Assembly: GCF_024298765.1 (NCBI RefSeq)
Contig: NZ_CP101210.1
Direction: 5' to 3' (one strand)
DNA: 64,000 bases
From: Escherichia coli
GTDB lineage: Bacteria; Pseudomonadota; Gammaproteobacteria; Enterobacterales; Enterobacteriaceae
The position numbers and the translations under genes were made by a program. Positions 62,286-64,000 of the stretch are shown in pieces. Position 1 is the first letter of the stretch. Each line of letters begins with the position of its first letter. The notes under the pieces are model-generated. The model made no database searches and had not been told where the DNA came from. It worked only from the letters and a program-made list of their open reading frames with translations.

Positions 62286-62664
62286 AAACAGCTTGTCCAT
62301 CAGCACGATAGATAAAATAAGGCTGCTTTTTGTCGCCTTCTTTTTTCCACTCAAACCAGCCATCGGCAAAACAGATTGCCCGACCATGTTGCCAGAGCGG
62401 TTTAAACATGTGACTGGTTGCGGCAGTTTCTACGCGGGCGTTAATCAGCGGCGGTTTATCCCACCATCCGGGAGCATATCCCCAGAAAACCGGATCCAGA
62501 TGAAGGTGTTCATCACGTTCACTGAGCAGAAGGACTTTGGTTCCCGGCGCGACGTTGTATCTGCCAATAGGTTCGGGATCGTAGGGAATATCGCGTTCAA
62601 TATCTTCCGCGAGAAGCGCAAGGTAATCTTCACGCGTTTGGGATTGGGCAAAGCGTCCACACAT
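62167..62664 (-). pseudogene. yedK: SOS-response-associated peptidase YedK (SRAP/HMCES-like), 3'-truncated at about 62238 by IS remnant
   Basis: N-terminal MCGRFAQ (Cys2 nucleophile) and first ~142 aa YedK-like; ORF then reads into IS sequence and stops at 165 aa (K-12 YedK about 222 aa as recalled). Confidence 0.7.
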
Positions 62665-62772
62665 AGAAACCTCCTGAGGTCACACTGAAAAGAATAGGAG
62701 AGGGGGCGGGTTAAATCTATGTGATAGAGAGGCAACGATATTCCCGCTGTGGGCCACAGCGGGAATGAGGGA

Positions 62773-63006
62773 TTACTTCTGAATTAAATAACGAATGGTC
62801 GGCCCGTCTTGCTGAATATCCAGCACCGTATAGCCGTGATTACGCGCATCCAGTGGAATATTATTGATCGACTGCGGACAGTCGCTCACCACTTCCAGGA
62901 TCTCCCCTTTTTTTAACTGCGGCATCGCCTCAAGGGTTGCGACTGCCGGATAAGGGCAGGGTTCACCCACCATATCAAGACGGTAATCAGGAACGATATT
63001 TTTCAT
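62773..63006 (-). CDS. yedF: TusA-like sulfurtransferase YedF
   Basis: 77 aa with CPxP motif. Confidence 0.9.
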   Translation of the reverse strand: MKNIVPDYRLDMVGEPCPYPAVATLEAMPQLKKGEILEVVSDCPQSINNIPLDARNHGYTVLDIQQDGPTIRYLIQK

Positions 63007-64000
63007 GCGATCTCCTTAGCAGTCTGCGGTGCCGCACGGCGGAAGAAGCGTTTTTCCCAGCCAATAATCAACATTAGAGCAGCAAACAACAGCAAATATG
63101 TCACCAGCAGGCCGCCCATCGGGCCAAAGGTTTTCAGCAGGTTGATTTTGTCCCAGTCGGTGGCCAGCGCCGGAGCGAAATCATCCCAGTAGTACGCCAG
63201 AATCGTTGAGCCGATCACGTTGCCCAGACCGACCCACCAGTAGTGCACCTGGCCTTCTACCGCGCGGTACATCCAGCCGGTTTCGCAGCCGCCTGCCAGC
63301 ACGATGCCAAAACCAAACAGTAAACCACCAATTACCGCGTTTGGTCCCGCCCACATGATTTTGGGTTCAACGCCTAACTGTACGTAACTGAAGATCCCGA
63401 TGGCACTTACCGCCATACCGATAATGATTGCTTTCGCCATATGGGTACGTCCGGTGATCCACATATCGCGGAACGCCGAAGTAAAGCAGATTTGCGCACG
63501 TTCAATCAGTAAACCAAAGCCGACGCCAAACAGCATTGCCAGCCCCAGTTTGGGCTGGTTCATCGCCGTCAGCAGCGCCCAGCCCAGCAGGCCGAAAAAG
63601 ACCAGCATCCCGAGACGAAAACGACGCCGCGCCTGATCCGGTTTTTGCGTCAACGGTGAGGCAGCAGAAACTTTCTGCATTTTCACGGGAATACGGAAGA
63701 TGGGCAGAAGGGTAAAGCGCGCGCCAAACCATGAACCAATGGCAGTGGCGATGGCAAAGAACCAGGCGTGCAGCGAGAACTGTGGAATTCCGGTAAAGAA
63801 CGCCGCCAGGTTACAGCCCATTGCCAGACGTGCGCCAAAACCGGCGATAATACCGCCAATGATGGCCTGCATAATGCGGATACGGCTGCGCGGCATGCGC
63901 AGTTTGACATTGTTGGCCCACAGCGCTGCGGCAAAACAGCCGCCAAACATACCGAGGATCATCATTCCGTCGATGCGGGTTAATGGCGATCCTTCCAGAT
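63003..64000 (-). CDS. yedE: Selenium/sulfur-compound transporter YedE (5' end beyond window)
   Basis: Polytopic membrane protein overlapping yedF start; extends past window end. Confidence 0.85.
   Translation of the reverse strand, partial: LEGSPLTRIDGMMILGMFGGCFAAALWANNVKLRMPRSRIRIMQAIIGGIIAGFGARLAMGCNLAAFFTGIPQFSLHAWFFAIATAIGSWFGARFTLLPIFRIPVKMQKVSAASPLTQKPDQARRRFRLGMLVFFGLLGWALLTAMNQPKLGLAMLFGVGFGLLIERAQICFTSAFRDMWITGRTHMAKAIIIGMAVSAIGIFSYVQLGVEPKIMWAGPNAVIGGLLFGFGIVLAGGCETGWMYRAVEGQVHYWWVGLGNVIGSTILAYYWDDFAPALATDWDKINLLKTFGPMGGLLVTYLLLFAALMLIIGWEKRFFRRAAPQTAKEIA

Overview
This window reads as an Escherichia coli chromosome segment in two parts, identified from the sequence and ORF translations alone, with no database search run. 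(1) Positions 1-28316 are the right ~28 kb of a mosaic lambdoid prophage that continues left of the window: rusA, a Q-like ORF with a pR-prime/tR-prime-like unit, a four-gene tRNA array, a phage-21-type lysis cassette (S21 pinholin, SAR endolysin, Rz/Rz1), HK97-type packaging and head genes (HNH, TerS, TerL, portal, protease, capsid), lambda-type tail genes (G/GT frameshift chaperone, tape measure, M, L, K, I, J), lom, stf and tfa, ending in an ORF-less AT-rich arm and a 62-nt 3' fragment of tRNA-Ser(CGA) serU as the attachment core. (2) Positions 28317-64000 are core chromosome in K-12-like order but inverted: zinT, msrQP, hiuH, hprRS, hchA, an intact yedS porin, yedR, yedJ, dcm-vsr, yedA, yedI, yodC, dgcQ with an in-frame amber stop, yedP, dsrA sRNA, yodD, dsrB, rcsA, flagellar genes fliR through fliE, then a variable locus (emrE-ybcL-ybcM DLP12-like genes, nested IS remnants truncating yedK), yedF and partial yedE. 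No CRISPR array, stx genes or recognisable multi-gene defence system is visible. The best candidates for undescribed function are the prophage accessory positions: a convergent gene pair at the bor position (3519-4330), an extra ORF inside the lysis cassette (1952-2302), a structured non-coding stretch between the tRNAs and the holin (1440-1731), and the ~850-bp ORF-less AT-rich right arm (27396-28254). All are hypotheses that need homology and structure searches and expression data.
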